Positions 62,562 through 64,000 of a stretch of 64,000 nt of DNA are shown here, piece after piece. The DNA lies in assembly GCA_052168235.1 (NCBI GenBank), contig JBQLZK010000007.1:32001-96000 (forward strand). Direction: 5' to 3'. Below the pieces are notes generated by a model that saw only the letters and a program-made list of their open reading frames with translations, was not told the DNA's origin and did no database searches. Within the stretch, counting starts at the first letter, position 1, and every line of letters begins with the position of its first letter. The position numbers were made by a program, and so were the translations under genes. Source of the stretch: Thainema sp. (GTDB lineage: Bacteria > Cyanobacteriota > Cyanobacteriia > Phormidesmidales > Phormidesmidaceae).

Positions 62562-63047
62562 CTATTGCTGTAACTGAATTAAGTTTTGCTGAACTTGGTT
62601 AGCCAGGGCTGGATTGTTTTGCACTTCTTGCGTCATCAGATTGAAGGTCGTAATCGACAGGCCATAGCGCTCAACAATCTCGACGGACTGGTTGCAATAG
62701 CGAACTGCGATCGCACGGGCTTGGCGATTCAGTCGAGACAAGCTGTTCGGTTGATGGCAGGCAATCGAGGGCACCTCATTTGAACCCAGCGCTACCTTGA
62801 TTTCTTGATACGCTGATTGGCGCAGCGGCTCAATTTCTAGCACGGCTCGGGAATAGTTCATCAGTTGCTGAGCACTGAAATTTTGGGCAAATGCCGCAGT
62901 CTCAAAACTTGGCTGCCAAGAACTAGTCTGAAAGCTGGGTGCTAGCCCAGACACCACACCGGCCAGAGATAAGGCTCCGATCATCAGCGAGCGAGTAAAA
63001 GCAGACTTGATCATAGAACGGTGAGAATGAAAACGAATGCGGCTCAT
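62562..63047 (-). CDS. DUF4168 domain secreted protein
   Basis: Signal peptide to AFA-Q, NYSRAVLEIEPLRQ, YCNQS...GLS...FN. Start 63047 or 63014. Confidence 0.8.
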   Translation of the reverse strand: MSRIRFHSHRSMIKSAFTRSLMIGALSLAGVVSGLAPSFQTSSWQPSFETAAFAQNFSAQQLMNYSRAVLEIEPLRQSAYQEIKVALGSNEVPSIACHQPNSLSRLNRQARAIAVRYCNQSVEIVERYGLSITTFNLMTQEVQNNPALANQVQQNLIQLQQ

Positions 63048-63678
63048 AATCAGTGTGTTCAATTGAACCCAGTAGGATAATGTTAAACAGACTCCAAATG
63101 AAGCTTGCCGTTTCTCATAGATAGAGCTGACTGGATGAAGTAGCTCATAAGGTAGCTCATGAAATGACCAGTTTGGGTCATCCAGCACTCAGTTGCCACT
63201 GTCAGAAATGAGATCTGGAAGTTTCAATGGACACATGGAAGAGGTAGAATTCTGGTCAACCGGCCCTGGGCAGATTGACACGCTACCCGATATACTGTCT
63301 GAACCCAATCAGGGATGAAAAGTTCCAGACTTTGCTGAAGATATCGCAAATCACAGGTGGTCTATTGTCACATTGCCACTTGTCTTCCACCTCCATACTT
63401 CTATAGATCTTGTATAGATTTCGATTAGATTCTGATAAACCCCACCTGGTCAGCCTTGATTGTATAAAATCCGGGCGCGAAATTTAGTTATGTGGGAGTA
63501 ATACGGGAATTTGCGCAAAAGGCATGTAGCCAGTACTACAGCTATTTAGTTTGGCTTAAAAAATGAGCACTGTAAACAAAAATCAAGATTTGGTGTAGAG
63601 CAGCGTAGCCACCACGGAATGTCTTTCCCGCCTGACGAGTCAATCAATCCACCGCCACAACCAAGCGTCGAGACTCAG

Positions 63679-64000
63679 TTATCGCCTGCGCGTCGATATC
63701 TGCTGGGGCTGGCAAACCTGGCACAGCTCAATCACTTTGGTTTGTAAAGTGGCTTCTGGTTCACCGCCAAACTTAAGGCTAAATTCAAGTTCTAGCAAAA
63801 TCGGTAATGTAGCCTGTAGCTGCTGCGATGTGAGAGACTGCACCTCTTTCCGCAGAAAATAGACCCGCTTGGGATTAGGAATTTCCGCCGCCTGTGCGAT
63901 CGCACGTTCATCCCGCTCACCACTTTCCACCATCAGCTTTATCCAAAGCCAGGTGCGGAACTGGCGTACTAGAGTCGCAACAATCCGCAACGGCTGCTCA
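63679..64000 (-). CDS. holA: DNA polymerase III delta subunit, C-terminal part (5'-partial)
   Basis: EQPLRIVATLVRQFRTWLW.K...IAQAAEIPNPKRVYFL...LLELEFSLK. Confidence 0.85.
   Translation of the reverse strand, partial: EQPLRIVATLVRQFRTWLWIKLMVESGERDERAIAQAAEIPNPKRVYFLRKEVQSLTSQQLQATLPILLELEFSLKFGGEPEATLQTKVIELCQVCQPQQISTRRR

Larger units (their letters stand above)
1..64000. repeat. HIP1 (GCGATCGC), dispersed, very often extended to TGCGATCGCA
   Basis: Dozens of copies, e.g. near 55, 3354, 6265, 11647, 19150, 28527, 36812, 42681, 49887, 59212 and 63895. Confidence 0.95.

Noticed and set aside
185..63990. Many short ORFs antisense to or overlapping long genes in the ORF track
   Set aside because: Shadow frames of well-supported genes with no motifs of their own.
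1..64000. CRISPR array, tRNA, rRNA, transposase or prophage
   Set aside because: No regularly spaced repeats, RNA gene signatures, DDE/HUH/integrase ORFs or phage genes were seen.

Overview
Chromosomal window from a cyanobacterium. HIP1 (GCGATCGC) is dense, often as TGCGATCGCA, and the genes are cyanobacterial in type. Most of it is housekeeping: the 3' part of dnaB carrying two inteins, comM/yifB, PBP1A, tyrS, pyrF, add, queF, gcvP, a peptide ABC transporter, nurA, dapB, nadA, recA, xseAB, sixA, a DHH phosphoesterase, type IV pilins, surE, hrcA and the 3' end of holA. It also holds three c-di-GMP signalling proteins and a biuret hydrolase. The best candidate for an undescribed system is an AT-rich, HIP1-free ~1.9 kb insert (about 3840-5770). 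It carries three tightly linked genes: a protein with a COMM-domain-like layout, an uncharacterised partner, and an RxxADY-type HEPN protein. Other points of note are a natural DnaB mini-intein, several genes eroded by in-frame internal deletions, a Ser/Thr kinase-STAND-GAF-PAS-GGDEF hybrid, and many long intergenic palindromes, mostly with 3-nt loops (MITE/REP-like). One deletion may have removed the permeases of the biuret ABC transporter. I saw no rRNA, tRNA, CRISPR array or transposase. All calls come from reading motifs by eye; no searches were run.
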